Of a DNA stretch of 20,000 bases, positions 19,463-20,000 are shown piece after piece. Source of the stretch: an uncultured virus (IMG/VR IMGVR_UViG_3300014526_000001) (taxonomy: Duplodnaviria > Heunggongvirae > Uroviricota > Caudoviricetes). The notes beneath the pieces are model-generated. The model made no database searches. It was not told where the DNA came from and worked only from the letters and a program-made list of their open reading frames with translations. Position 1 is the stretch's first letter; every line of letters starts with the position of its first letter. A program made the translations under genes and the position numbers. The DNA lies in the IMG/VR virus record IMGVR_UViG_3300014526_000001. The stretch is one strand, 5' to 3'.

Positions 19463-20000
19463 ATGAGTTTAATCGACAATGAAACATTCTTGCCAGGCGT
19501 TATTACTGAAGTAGAGTCCGATTACTCTTACGGCTACGATTCAAGTCAATTTGGTACTACTGATTCAGTGGTAGTTGTCGGTACGGCATTCAGTGGTCCT
19601 GTAGGCACGCCTGTTCCAATCTACAACCCAGAGCATGCTCGATACATCTTTGGTAAGACATACGAATCTGGGAGTAAAAAAGCAGCGACTCTAGTTTCTG
19701 CTATTGAAGATGCTTACCAAAAGGGGTCTCGCACAATCTATGCTGTGCGTATCAGCGGTAAAGAAGCTTCAAAGGATTTTGAGTTTAATAGTGATTCAAT
19801 TTATAAATTGCGCTTACGCAGTACGTACCCTACTAATCAGGCAAAAGACTTCTTTATGGTCTATGATAATAAAGAAGGCGAAGAGAAAATCAAAATCTTT
19901 AAGCCAGCTGAACGTGCTACAATCGTTGAAAAAATGCAAGGAGCCATCGTAAGTGAAAATGACACTATTGTCCTTGAACTAAAATTAAATCTTGATTACG
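19463..20000 (+). CDS. Contractile phage tail sheath protein (5' part, truncated by the window end)
   Basis: GGGAGG RBS; frame open to the end: MSLIDNETFLPGVITEVE...VVVVGTAFSGPVGTPVPI...IFG...TLVSAIEDAYQKGSRTIYAVRISG, a classic sheath N-terminus. Confidence 0.9.
   Translation, partial: MSLIDNETFLPGVITEVESDYSYGYDSSQFGTTDSVVVVGTAFSGPVGTPVPIYNPEHARYIFGKTYESGSKKAATLVSAIEDAYQKGSRTIYAVRISGKEASKDFEFNSDSIYKLRLRSTYPTNQAKDFFMVYDNKEGEEKIKIFKPAERATIVEKMQGAIVSENDTIVLELKLNLDY

Larger units (their letters stand above)
9855..20000 (+). mobile_element. Phage-derived contractile-tail structural module (defective prophage or domesticated headless tail); continues past the window
   Basis: All genes on the + strand; tail sheath, sheath paralog, neck-like genes and NlpC/P60 present; no intact terminase, portal or capsid in the window. 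Confidence 0.8.

Noticed and set aside
19704..19952. 82-aa ORF from the track
   Set aside because: Out-of-frame shadow inside the tail sheath gene that starts at 19463.
9855..20000. Intact, functional prophage
   Set aside because: No intact terminase, portal or capsid gene in the expected slots; not fully excluded without the flanking sequence.

Overview
Low-GC Bacillales DNA (plausibly Lysinibacillus-like; inference) in two parts. Bases 1-9.75 kb are an AT-rich, heavily eroded accessory region: a few intact genes (DUF4241-like protein, a lipoprotein, two secreted proteins) among pseudogene remnants (DUF5839-like, HTH, two C-terminal Rep/HTH-like fragments, IS1182) and four copies of a GGGAA-N5-TTCCC palindrome. 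Bases 9.85-20 kb are a co-oriented structural module of a large myovirus or phage-plasmid type: four Gly/Ala-rich small proteins, a 578-aa NlpC/P60 protein, FN3/Ig and neck-like genes, a short sheath paralog, a tail-terminator-like gene and the start of a contractile tail sheath gene (19463 onward, missed by the ORF track). The main observation is that the slots where terminase, portal, prohead protease and major capsid would be expected hold only short, stop-riddled spacers that appear to keep motif scars of those genes, while neck, tail and candidate cargo genes are intact. This suggests a domesticated headless contractile tail (tailocin/eCIS-like) derived from a jumbo-type phage. All family assignments come from motif recognition by eye, not from database searches.
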